A stretch of DNA of 64,000 bases from Myxococcota bacterium (lineage in GTDB: Bacteria; Myxococcota_A; UBA9160; SMWR01). Location of the stretch: the NCBI GenBank assembly GCA_050618055.1, contig JBNLVK010000248.1, positions 5,788 to 69,787 on the forward strand. The letters are read 5' to 3'. The first letter of the stretch is position 1. Each line of letters opens with the position of its first letter. The position numbers were made by a program, and so were the translations under genes. Shown here piece after piece: positions 46,092 through 54,265 of the stretch. The notes beneath the pieces are model-generated. The model searched no databases, was not told the DNA's origin, and saw nothing but the letters and a program-made list of their open reading frames with translations.

Positions 46092-47597
46092 ATGTCCAGA
46101 CCGCCCCAGCACGATCCCGATCGCGACAGCGACGCGCCCCCGGCCGAGTCCCCGGCCACACCGCGTGAACGCGAGCGGCGGGTCGAGTCGGAGTGGCTCC
46201 ACGAGGTCCACGACCTGCTGGGCAGCGAGCGGAAGCCGCGCCCCCGACGGCCTCCCCAGCGCAGGCGGGCCGCCGTCGGACCGCGGGTGGTGGTCTGCGA
46301 CGAGGGCGAGCTCGACGACGTCTGCCAGCTGCTCGGCCGACTGGGCGAGACGCCGCTGCGCCTGCGTCCCGCCGACCTGTCCGAGCTGCGCGACTGGGAG
46401 CGCCCCAGCCGCCTGCTGGTGACACCGGTGCGGGTCGCGCTCTCCGAGAACCTGCCGCTGTCCAACGGCCCGGACGCCAGCGTGTCGATCGCGGTCGCCG
46501 ACAGCGACGCCCAGTCCCAGTGCACGGCCATGCTGCGCCGCGGCTTCGACTACGTGGTGCGCCGGCCGGTACACCCCGAGGCGCTGCGCCTGCTGGTCAT
46601 GCAGGTACTGTGGCGGGGTCGCGAGCACCGGGGCGTGGCTCGCTTTCCGTTCGGCGCCGACATCCGCTGGCGCCAGGGCCTGCACACCGGTCGCTGCACG
46701 ATGATCGAGATCTCGGCCCACGGCTGTCGACTGATGACCCGCCAGCCGTTCAAGCTGGGCGATCGCATCCACCTGCGCGTGCCGGCCGCGCTCACCGGAT
46801 CGCGCAGCCTGCGCCTGCGGGGCCGCGTCGTGCGGCGCGATCGGCTGACGAGCGACGGCGGTCCGGAGCCGCGGGTGGCCGTGCAGTTCGAGCGACTCTC
46901 GGCGCGCAACGTGGCCCACCTGGACGCGCTGCTCGCGGAGCGCGCCAGCGGTCCGGCGGTGATGGGCGGAGACCCGGCGGCCGGCGGGCTGCGCCGCGAG
47001 CTCGGTCGGCGGCGCTCCGGCTTCCTCAGCCTGGGCCAGAGCGAGGAGCCCGAGGCGGCGGAGCCGCCCCAGGCCCAGGCGCCGGATCTCGAGCGGCGCC
47101 GCCAGCCGCGGGGCGCCTGGCCGCACGAGCTGGTGTCGCTGGATCGGGAGACCGACCGGGTGCTCCACACGCTGCTCGGCTCGGACCTGTCGGTGGGCGG
47201 CGTGCGCGTCGAGCCGAACCCGCTGCTGCGCCTGGGCGACCGGCTGCGTCTCGCCCTCTACGACGCCGGCAGCGCCGAGCCGCTGGTGGTCGAGGCGCGG
47301 GTGGCCCACGACGGCGGTCGCTCCGGTGTCGGCCTGGTGTTCCTGGATCCGCCCGACGCGATCCGCGAGCGGCTGCGCGCCATGGTCGAGTCGTTGCCGC
47401 CGGTGTCCTCGCTGTCGAAGGACGACGCGAAGCCCGAGGGTGTGGTGCTGGGCGAGATCATGACCACCGGGACCCTGCCCGGCGCCGCCTCAGCCGCCGG
47501 CCAGGACGATGCGCGACAGGCCGAGCACGGCGATGGCGCAGCCGAGCACCACGACGAAGAAGCCGAGCCCGCCCGCGACGAACCAGCGCAGGACTGA
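46092..47597 (+). CDS. Receiver-like domain + two PilZ domains protein (putative c-di-GMP receptor)
   Basis: N-terminal pseudo-receiver pattern (VVVCDEGELDD ... LRRGFDYVVRRPVHPEALRLLV). PilZ 1: REHRGVARF ... MIEISAHGCRL. PilZ 2: ERRRQPRG ... GSDLSVGGVRV. The acidic low-complexity tail overlaps the convergent gene. Confidence 0.8.
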   Translation: MSRPPQHDPDRDSDAPPAESPATPRERERRVESEWLHEVHDLLGSERKPRPRRPPQRRRAAVGPRVVVCDEGELDDVCQLLGRLGETPLRLRPADLSELRDWERPSRLLVTPVRVALSENLPLSNGPDASVSIAVADSDAQSQCTAMLRRGFDYVVRRPVHPEALRLLVMQVLWRGREHRGVARFPFGADIRWRQGLHTGRCTMIEISAHGCRLMTRQPFKLGDRIHLRVPAALTGSRSLRLRGRVVRRDRLTSDGGPEPRVAVQFERLSARNVAHLDALLAERASGPAVMGGDPAAGGLRRELGRRRSGFLSLGQSEEPEAAEPPQAQAPDLERRRQPRGAWPHELVSLDRETDRVLHTLLGSDLSVGGVRVEPNPLLRLGDRLRLALYDAGSAEPLVVEARVAHDGGRSGVGLVFLDPPDAIRERLRAMVESLPPVSSLSKDDAKPEGVVLGEIMTTGTLPGAASAAGQDDARQAEHGDGAAEHHDEEAEPARDEPAQD

Positions 47598-47855
47598 GCG
47601 GCGCTCCCCTTCCAGGAGCTGGATGTGGAGCGCCACCGGGTGGATCCACCAGCGCCCGGGCAACGGCCCGTGCGGACGCAGCGCCCGGTAGAGCGCGACG
47701 TGGTACCAGAAGCCGGTGGGGACGCCGACTGCCAGGCCCGCGGCGGTGACGATGCCGCCGGCCTGGAGCAGCACGTCGGGCGGCACCAGGGTGCCCGCCA
47801 GCGTGGCGCCGCCCAGCAGCGCGAGGGTGCCCAGGACGAGCAGGGTCTCGATCAC
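47490..47855 (-). CDS. Hypothetical small membrane protein (about 4 hydrophobic segments)
   Basis: MIETLLVLGTLALLGGATLAG..., GIVTAAGLAVGVPTGFWYHVALY, FVAGGLGFFVVVLGCAIAVLGL. Composition is unlike the shadow ORFs. No family recognised. Confidence 0.45.
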   Translation of the reverse strand: MIETLLVLGTLALLGGATLAGTLVPPDVLLQAGGIVTAAGLAVGVPTGFWYHVALYRALRPHGPLPGRWWIHPVALHIQLLEGERRSVLRWFVAGGLGFFVVVLGCAIAVLGLSRIVLAGG

Positions 47856-47894
47856 CCGAGCCGGATCGACGCCGCGCGCGTCCGGCTGAAGGAC

Positions 47895-48428
47895 CTACAG
47901 CCGCTCGATGTGCAGGCGGCGGCCGCTCTCGTCCCAGGCCTCCACGCCCAGCCAGCGCCCGCGCGTGCGCAGGATCTGCTGGAGCTGCCAGCCCACCCAC
48001 GCGGCACACAGCAGGAAGCCCCCGCTGGCGGCCTGGAGCGCCTGGGCCTCCGGAGTGACGTCGAGCAGGCCCAGCAGCCAGGCCGCCCCGGCGAAGGCCG
48101 ACGCCAGCGCCGCTAGCGCGCCCTGGCGCAGGCGACCGCGCGGCGATCCGAGGGACGTGGGCCAGGCGAAGGGCGCCGCCGGCGACAGCACGCGTGCGCC
48201 GGTGGAGGCCACGGCCTGGGGCGCGTTGCGCGCGGCCGAGGCCCGCGACTCGCGCATCAGGGCGCCGCTGCCGCACTGCGGGCAGATCTTCTGACGGCGC
48301 AGGTGACGCCACCAGCAGTAGACGAGACCGGGCACGGCCAGGCAGGCCCACGCCAGCAGCTCCACCCGGTCCGAGCCCTCGAGCAGGGTGTCGGGCGTGC
48401 CTACGTGGAGGCAGTCGGTGCAGAGCAT
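47895..48428 (-). CDS. Hypothetical zinc-ribbon membrane protein
   Basis: ATG 48428 gives MLCTDC...(TM)...CPQC, a split four-Cys ribbon around a hydrophobic segment, with further TM segments downstream. Start chosen by motif. The upstream part of the track ORF is Pro/Arg-rich. Confidence 0.5.
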   Translation of the reverse strand: MLCTDCLHVGTPDTLLEGSDRVELLAWACLAVPGLVYCWWRHLRRQKICPQCGSGALMRESRASAARNAPQAVASTGARVLSPAAPFAWPTSLGSPRGRLRQGALAALASAFAGAAWLLGLLDVTPEAQALQAASGGFLLCAAWVGWQLQQILRTRGRWLGVEAWDESGRRLHIERL

Positions 48429-48540
48429 GCGGAGTGCCACGGTCGGTCCTCGATCCCGTCGATCCTGCTGTGAAGTGTCATTGAAACCGCGTTTGTGGCC
48501 CGATCGGCGCGGGCCGCTCCCCGTGTTCGCACCTGCCTTC

Positions 48541-48581
48541 ATCGCTGAACCCCCTCTGTATGCGATGGCTGCTTCAGCGAT
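48541..48581. promoter_or_regulatory. Perfect 9-bp inverted repeat ATCGCTGAA-N23-TTCAGCGAT in a 290-bp divergent intergenic region
   Basis: Read directly: 48541-48549 atcgctgaa and 48573-48581 ttcagcgat. The surrounding region 48440-48720 is visibly less GC-rich. Confidence 0.3.
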
Positions 48582-48721
48582 CGGCAGGCCGGGCCCCGAA
48601 CTTTTGGGTCTTCTTCGGAAAAATCCGCTCGGCCGGGCAGCCCTGCCCCGGGGGGCCGCGGTTGCCGGCGGGCCGGGGCCCCCATAGCCTTTGGCCCTTC
48701 GAACCGCGGAAGGAGGGGGAC

Positions 48722-49516
48722 GTGGAGCGGAACTACGTGCGTGGGGTGCGCCTGGCTGCACTGGTGGCCTTCGCCTTGTCGACGACGGCCTGCGTGATCA
48801 TCGAGGACGGCGAGGTGGGCGTCCTGAAGAGCTTCGGCGCGATCTCGGACGAGCCGGTGGGGCAGGGGGTCTCGTTCCAGATCCCGGTGGCCCGCCAGAT
48901 CGAGACCTGGAACGTGAAGCTCCAGGAGATCAAGGAGACGGCCCAGGTGCCGTCGTCCGAGGGCCTGATCGTGGGCCTCGACGCCTCGCTGTTGTTCCGG
49001 GTGCGCGCAGACAGCGCTCCGCTGATCCGCAAGACGATCGGCTGGAACTACGTCGATCGCGTGATCACGCCCTACTTCCGCAACGGCCTGCGCGACGTGG
49101 TCAGCGGCTACCAGGTGAAGAACATCTACGCCGAAGAGGGCCGCCGCGAGATCGCCGCCAAGCTGAGCGAGTTCCTGAAGACCAACCTGGAGCCCAATGG
49201 CATCGACGTGGTCGACGTGCTGCTGCGCGACGTGAAGCTGCCCCAGCGCTTCCGCGAGAGCATCGAGGCCAAGCTCACCGCCGAGCAGAAGGTGGCCCAG
49301 AAGCAGTTCGAGCTGGAGCAGGCGAAGAAGGAGGCCGAGATCGAGATCGCGCGGGCCGAGGGTGCCGCCAAGGCCCAGGAGATCGTGCGCTCGACCCTGT
49401 CGGACTCGTACCTCTCGTACCTGTGGATCAAGACGCTGAACGAGAACCCCAACGTGATCTACGTGGCGACCGAGGCGAACATGCCGCTGTTCCGCACGAC
49501 GATGGGGCAGAAGTAG
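48722..49516 (+). CDS. SPFH/Band 7 (prohibitin/HflC-like) domain protein
   Basis: GTG 48722 after strong RBS GGAAGGAGGGGGA. N-terminal anchor, then EDGEVGVLKSFG, LLFRV, and coiled KLTAEQKVAQKQFELEQAKKEAEIEIARAEGAAKAQEI. Confidence 0.9.
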   Translation: MERNYVRGVRLAALVAFALSTTACVIIEDGEVGVLKSFGAISDEPVGQGVSFQIPVARQIETWNVKLQEIKETAQVPSSEGLIVGLDASLLFRVRADSAPLIRKTIGWNYVDRVITPYFRNGLRDVVSGYQVKNIYAEEGRREIAAKLSEFLKTNLEPNGIDVVDVLLRDVKLPQRFRESIEAKLTAEQKVAQKQFELEQAKKEAEIEIARAEGAAKAQEIVRSTLSDSYLSYLWIKTLNENPNVIYVATEANMPLFRTTMGQK

Positions 49517-49530
49517 CGGCGAGCCCGCCC

Positions 49531-51315
49531 ATGCTTCAGCGCGCGGCCGGTCCGGTGGCGCTGGCCGTGCTCTTCCTGGGTCTGCTGGCGACCAGCTTCC
49601 GCAAGTGGACGGACGTGCACGTCGACTTCGGGAGCGAGCTGTACATCGCCTGGCGGATCGCCGAAGGCGAGCACCTCTACCGCGACCTCGCCCATCGCAA
49701 CGGTCCGCTGTCCCACTACTGGAACGGGCTGCTGTTCCGCACCTTCGGCGTGTCGCTCACCACGCTGGTCGTAGCGAACCTGGCGGTGCTGGCGGGCATT
49801 GCCGCCATGCTCTGGCGCGGCATCGCCCGCGCCTGCGACCGCACCACCGCCACGGCCTGCGTGGCCGTGATGCTGGGCGTCTTCGCCTTCGGCCAGTACA
49901 GCCAGATCGGCAACTACAACTACGTCACGCCCTACCACCACCACCAGACCCACGGCCTGGCCCTGGGGCTGGCGACGCTGCTGTGCTTCGACGCCGCCAC
50001 CCGCCGCGCGTCGCTGCGCTGGCTGGCCCTCGCCGGACTCTGCACCGGTGCCGTCTTCCTGACCAAGGCCGAGCTGTTCGTGCCGCTGGCGGGCGCGGCG
50101 GCGGTGGCCTTCGCCGCGCGGGGTCTGGGCGTCTGGCGGACCCGGGCGGGCGCGGGCTGCGAGCTCGCCGTCTTCGCCGGCGCGGCGCTGCTGCCGGTGG
50201 TGGGCCTGGGGCTCTGGCTCGCCGCGCAGATGCCGCCCTCCCAGGCGCTGCGGGGCCTGGCGGGAAACTGGGTGCACCTCGCGGGCGTCGGCAGCGACAC
50301 CTTCTACCGGCACAACGCCGGCCTGGACCACCCGGTGGGCAACGCCCGGCGCGTGCTGGCCGCGACCGGCGTGCTGGTCGTGACCGGGGGCCTCCTCTAC
50401 GCGCTCGACCGGCTGGCGGCGCCGCTGCGGGACCGGCGCTGGCTGCCCGCGGCCGCCGGTCTCGCACTCTTCGCGGCGCTGCTGGCCGCACCCGTTCCGT
50501 GGTGGAAGGCGGCGCCGGCGCTGCCGGTGGTGGGGACCGTCGCCGTCGCGGCGCTGGCTCTCGCGTGCCTGCGCACGGCCGACTCGGAGCGCCGCCAGCA
50601 TCTTCTTCCGCAGCTCCTGTTCGCGGTCTACGCCACCGGACTGCTCGGCAAGATCGCGCTCGCGTCGCGCTTCGACTGGTACGGCTTCGTGCTGGCCATG
50701 CCGGCGACCCTGCTGCTGGTGGCGGCCGGCGTCCACGGGCTGCCCGCCTGGCGGCGCGAGCGGGCCGGCGCCGGGCGGGTGGCGCGGGCGCTGGCGCTGG
50801 CCACCGTGGCGGCGGCCGGCGTGTTCTTCGTGACCGTGTCGGGCCGCCACTACGCCGCGCGCACCTTCGTGCTGGGAAGCGGGGGCGACCGGATGCTGGC
50901 GCGCGGTCCGGACCGCTCGCCGCGCCCCGCGCTGCGGGCCCGCACCCTGGACGACCTGGCCAGACGCGCCCGGCCGGGCGAGACGCTTCTGGTACTGCCT
51001 GAGGGGGTGTCTCTCAACTACTGGCTGCGAATGCGGAATCCGTCCCGGTTCCATCTCTTCCTGCCGACCGAGATCGCGGCCTTCGGCGAGCCCGCCATGC
51101 TGGCCGACCTGGCGGCCCACCCGCCCGACTACGTGGTGCTCGTGCACCGCCTGTGGAAGGAGTTCGGCACCGGGCCGTTCGGCCAGGATCCGCGCAACGG
51201 GAAGGCCCTGCGCGCCTGGGTCGACGCGAACTACCGGCGCGTCTCGGGCTTCGGTGCCGAGCCCTTCGGCCCCGACGGCTTCGGCACGGTCGTGCTCGAG
51301 CGCTCCGACCGGTAG
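49531..51315 (+). CDS. GT-C fold membrane glycosyltransferase-like protein (ArnT/PMT-like), C-terminal soluble domain
   Basis: ATG 49531. About 12 hydrophobic segments. Acidic first-loop region DVHVDFGSELYIAWRIAEGEHLY. The C-terminal ~120 aa are non-membrane. Family call is by architecture, less certain than the two neighbours. Confidence 0.65.
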   Translation: MLQRAAGPVALAVLFLGLLATSFRKWTDVHVDFGSELYIAWRIAEGEHLYRDLAHRNGPLSHYWNGLLFRTFGVSLTTLVVANLAVLAGIAAMLWRGIARACDRTTATACVAVMLGVFAFGQYSQIGNYNYVTPYHHHQTHGLALGLATLLCFDAATRRASLRWLALAGLCTGAVFLTKAELFVPLAGAAAVAFAARGLGVWRTRAGAGCELAVFAGAALLPVVGLGLWLAAQMPPSQALRGLAGNWVHLAGVGSDTFYRHNAGLDHPVGNARRVLAATGVLVVTGGLLYALDRLAAPLRDRRWLPAAAGLALFAALLAAPVPWWKAAPALPVVGTVAVAALALACLRTADSERRQHLLPQLLFAVYATGLLGKIALASRFDWYGFVLAMPATLLLVAAGVHGLPAWRRERAGAGRVARALALATVAAAGVFFVTVSGRHYAARTFVLGSGGDRMLARGPDRSPRPALRARTLDDLARRARPGETLLVLPEGVSLNYWLRMRNPSRFHLFLPTEIAAFGEPAMLADLAAHPPDYVVLVHRLWKEFGTGPFGQDPRNGKALRAWVDANYRRVSGFGAEPFGPDGFGTVVLERSDR

Positions 51316-52715
51316 AGCGCCCAGTAGAAGCCGGAGATCGCGGCGTGGTCGTACTCGCGGACCAGGCGGAAGCGGCGACCCTCGCTGTCGCGGATCGCCG
51401 GCCGCGGCCGCTCGGGGCGCTGCGCCGCGTGCAGGATCCACCACTCCACCCCGTCGCGCTGGGCGCGCGCCCGCGGCACGTACGCGATGCGACCGCGGGC
51501 CTCCGGCAGGCGCGCCGCGTAGAAGCGCAGCACCGATCCGGTGCGGAAGTCGTGGTCGCTCGAGACGCGCGCCGGCGCGTCGGGTCCGGCCTCGCGCGCA
51601 ATGAGCTGCGTGGCCTCGCGGAAGCCGCCCCGGCCGTGCTCGAGGAAGGCCAGCGTGTGCGCCGTGTTTCCCACCACGAACAGCAGCGCGCCGGCACCGA
51701 ACGCCACGCGTGCGCCGCGCCCGCGCAGCCCCGCTTCGGGCAGCAGCTCGCAGAGCGCCACGATCCACAGCGTGAGACCGATCAGGAAGTAGCGGACGGC
51801 CACGACCTCGGGCTGGAGGACCGCGAAGACCAGGGCGGGCGCCAGCACCACGGTCACCCCGTCGCCGAGCCAGCGCCCGTCGCCGGCGCGGAAGCGGCGG
51901 CGCAGCGCGACGGCGAAGCCCAGCGCGAAGAGCGCGCCCACCGGGAGCGCCAGCCAGGGCGTGAGCGGAGCTCCGAAGGCGAAGCCGAAGGTGCGCGTCG
52001 CCAGGGCCACCGCGTCGGTCGGGTTTCCCGCCCCGACGAACAGGTGGCGCAGGTCCACCCAGGCGAGCGCGGCGAGCACGACCGCGGGCAGGGCGTGCAG
52101 GGCGACGAGCCGTCGCAGCGGTCGGCCCGCGGCCAGGCGGCGCACCTCCCAGACCGACTGGGCCAGCGCGCCCGCCCAGTAGAACGCGAAGCCCAGATGG
52201 GCGAGCAGGCCCAGGGCGACGCAGGCTCCGAAGCCCAGCGCGGGCGCGCTGCTGCCGGTGGCCAGCGCGCGGCGCAGGCAGAGCTGCGCCGCCAGGGCGA
52301 AGGCCACGGCCAGGGCGTAGCCGCGCGCCTCGACCGCGAAGTGGACGAGCGGGAACGAGAGCAGGGTCGCGACCGCGGCCGCCCGTGCCGCACGGCGGCT
52401 GGTCGGCCAGGCCAGGGCCGCGGCCAGCGGGATCGTCGCCACGCCGGCCAGGAACGACGGCAGGCGGTGGAGCAGTGGATCCGCCTCGGGGCCGAGGGCC
52501 ACCATCCAGAGCGTCACCAGGTGGTGGTTGTTCGAGTGGTGGATGCCGGTGAAGACGCCGGCCCAGCCGTCGAGCCCGGCCGCCAGGTCGATGCTCCAGA
52601 TCTCGTCGAGCCAGAAGTCGGCGGGCAGCACCAGGGCGCGCAGGACGGCGCCCAGCAGCGTGGCCAGCGCGATGGCGGCGACCGAGCGCCGCGGATCGTC
52701 CCGGTTCCAGGTCAT
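51231..52715 (-). CDS. GT-C fold membrane glycosyltransferase (ArnT/PMT, GT39/GT83-like)
   Basis: ATG 52715 overlaps the upstream stop (ATGA). First-loop motif ADFWLDEIWSIDLA, about 11 TM segments, soluble C-terminal domain. The 3' end overlaps the convergent 49531 gene by 85 nt. Confidence 0.75.
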   Translation of the reverse strand: MTWNRDDPRRSVAAIALATLLGAVLRALVLPADFWLDEIWSIDLAAGLDGWAGVFTGIHHSNNHHLVTLWMVALGPEADPLLHRLPSFLAGVATIPLAAALAWPTSRRAARAAAVATLLSFPLVHFAVEARGYALAVAFALAAQLCLRRALATGSSAPALGFGACVALGLLAHLGFAFYWAGALAQSVWEVRRLAAGRPLRRLVALHALPAVVLAALAWVDLRHLFVGAGNPTDAVALATRTFGFAFGAPLTPWLALPVGALFALGFAVALRRRFRAGDGRWLGDGVTVVLAPALVFAVLQPEVVAVRYFLIGLTLWIVALCELLPEAGLRGRGARVAFGAGALLFVVGNTAHTLAFLEHGRGGFREATQLIAREAGPDAPARVSSDHDFRTGSVLRFYAARLPEARGRIAYVPRARAQRDGVEWWILHAAQRPERPRPAIRDSEGRRFRLVREYDHAAISGFYWALYRSERSSTTVPKPSGPKGSAPKPETRR

Positions 52716-54253
52716 CGCACCCGCTCGAACACGACGACCCGCGGCGCGCGCGGCGACGCGGGACGGAAGCGGTGCAGCGCCGGGTCCTCCCGGTTCTCGA
52801 AGGGCAGGTCGGGCGCGTCCAGCCGGTGGCGCACGAAGGCGTCGGGCCGGCGCCCGATCTCCGCCGCGAAGGCCTCCTTCCACTCGCGATCGGCGCGGGT
52901 GTTGGTGTGGTGCCGGGGAATGATCCAGCGGGCCGACGCCAGCTCGTCGCGGCCCTCGCCGGTGAGCCCGCCGATCACCCGGTGGCGCGTATGGAACTTG
53001 AGCGGCAGGTCGCCGTAGCTGATGGCGACGACGTCCTCCGCGTCGGCGTTCTCGCGCAGGAAGGCCAGGATGCCCTGGATCGGACCGTCCACGTCGCGGG
53101 CGGCGAGGGCGCGCAGGTGGTCGGGCAGGGCCGACGTCGCGACCAGGGCCAGCGCCGCGCCGACCGCCAGCACGCGCGACATGCGAAACAGCGTGGCCCA
53201 GAGCAGGCCGCCCAGCACGAACAGCGGCGGCGCCAGCGGCGCCAGGTAGCGGTAGAACAGGAGCGGCGAGAGCGCCGCCAGCAGCGCGATGCTCGCCGCG
53301 CACAGCACGAGCACCAGCGCGACGTTCGAGCGCAGCCGGGCGTCGAGCGCGAAGAGCGCCTGGCCGCGGCGCCAGCGCAGCGCGACGGCGACGACGGGCA
53401 CGAGCAGCCACGCGGGCGACAGGAAGCGGCCCAGCAGCCCCACGTAGTCGAGGCTGAAGCGCAGCCACTTGCCCGCGTCGAGGACGCTCGCCAGGTAGCC
53501 GTCGCCGCCCGGTCGCACGCCGGCGAACCAGACCACCCAGGGCAGGTTCAGCACGGCGACGGCGACGCCCACCCGGGCCAGCGTCCGCAGGCGGCCCCTC
53601 TCGAAGCAGGCGGCGTGCACCGCCAGCCCGACCAGCAGCGTCGCGCAGTAGACGTAGTGGGTGTGGAAGAGCAGGAACGCGCAGGCGAACAGGGCCAGGC
53701 CCGCGCGCCGCGTGCGGCCCGGCCCGAGGGCGCTGTAGGCCCAGGCGCCGCCCAGGAAGAGCGCCGCCGCCAGCGTGTAGTAGCGGCTCTGGCGGCTGAA
53801 GATCAGGAACGGGACCGAGACGGCGCACAGCGCGGCGCCCGCGCCGGCGGCCAGCCGGTCCCGCCACCAGGCGCGGCCCGTGAGGTAGCAGAGGGCGGTG
53901 CACAGGATGCCGGCCAGCGCGAAGGGGAGGCGGGCCGCGAGCGCCGTCTCGCCCAGCAGCGCGAGGGAGGCGGCCGTCACGTAGAACGAGAGCCAGGTGT
54001 GCCAGCGCCACAGGTGGTCGGCGGCGTACTCCTTGCCGAGCTCCTGGGAGAAGAAGTTCGTGCCGTCGGTTCCGCGCGGGAGCCCGCCGTCCAGGATCGT
54101 GCGCGACACCAGCGCGGTCTGCGCCTCGTCCTGCCAGAGCGGCTGTGCCCCCAGTGCCGGCAGCGTGAGCGCCGCGGCCAGCGCGCACAGTGCCAGGCAG
54201 ATCGCGCGATCCCGCGCATCGCTCGCTTCGGAGGCCACGGCGCCGCGCAGCAT
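52712..54253 (-). CDS. GT-C fold membrane glycosyltransferase (ArnT/PMT, GT39/GT83-like)
   Basis: ATG 54253. First-loop motif QPLWQDEAQTALVSRTIL, typical of ArnT-like enzymes. About 11 TM segments and a soluble C-terminal domain. Confidence 0.75.
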   Translation of the reverse strand: MLRGAVASEASDARDRAICLALCALAAALTLPALGAQPLWQDEAQTALVSRTILDGGLPRGTDGTNFFSQELGKEYAADHLWRWHTWLSFYVTAASLALLGETALAARLPFALAGILCTALCYLTGRAWWRDRLAAGAGAALCAVSVPFLIFSRQSRYYTLAAALFLGGAWAYSALGPGRTRRAGLALFACAFLLFHTHYVYCATLLVGLAVHAACFERGRLRTLARVGVAVAVLNLPWVVWFAGVRPGGDGYLASVLDAGKWLRFSLDYVGLLGRFLSPAWLLVPVVAVALRWRRGQALFALDARLRSNVALVLVLCAASIALLAALSPLLFYRYLAPLAPPLFVLGGLLWATLFRMSRVLAVGAALALVATSALPDHLRALAARDVDGPIQGILAFLRENADAEDVVAISYGDLPLKFHTRHRVIGGLTGEGRDELASARWIIPRHHTNTRADREWKEAFAAEIGRRPDAFVRHRLDAPDLPFENREDPALHRFRPASPRAPRVVVFERVR

Positions 54254-54265
54254 AGCAGCGCGCCG

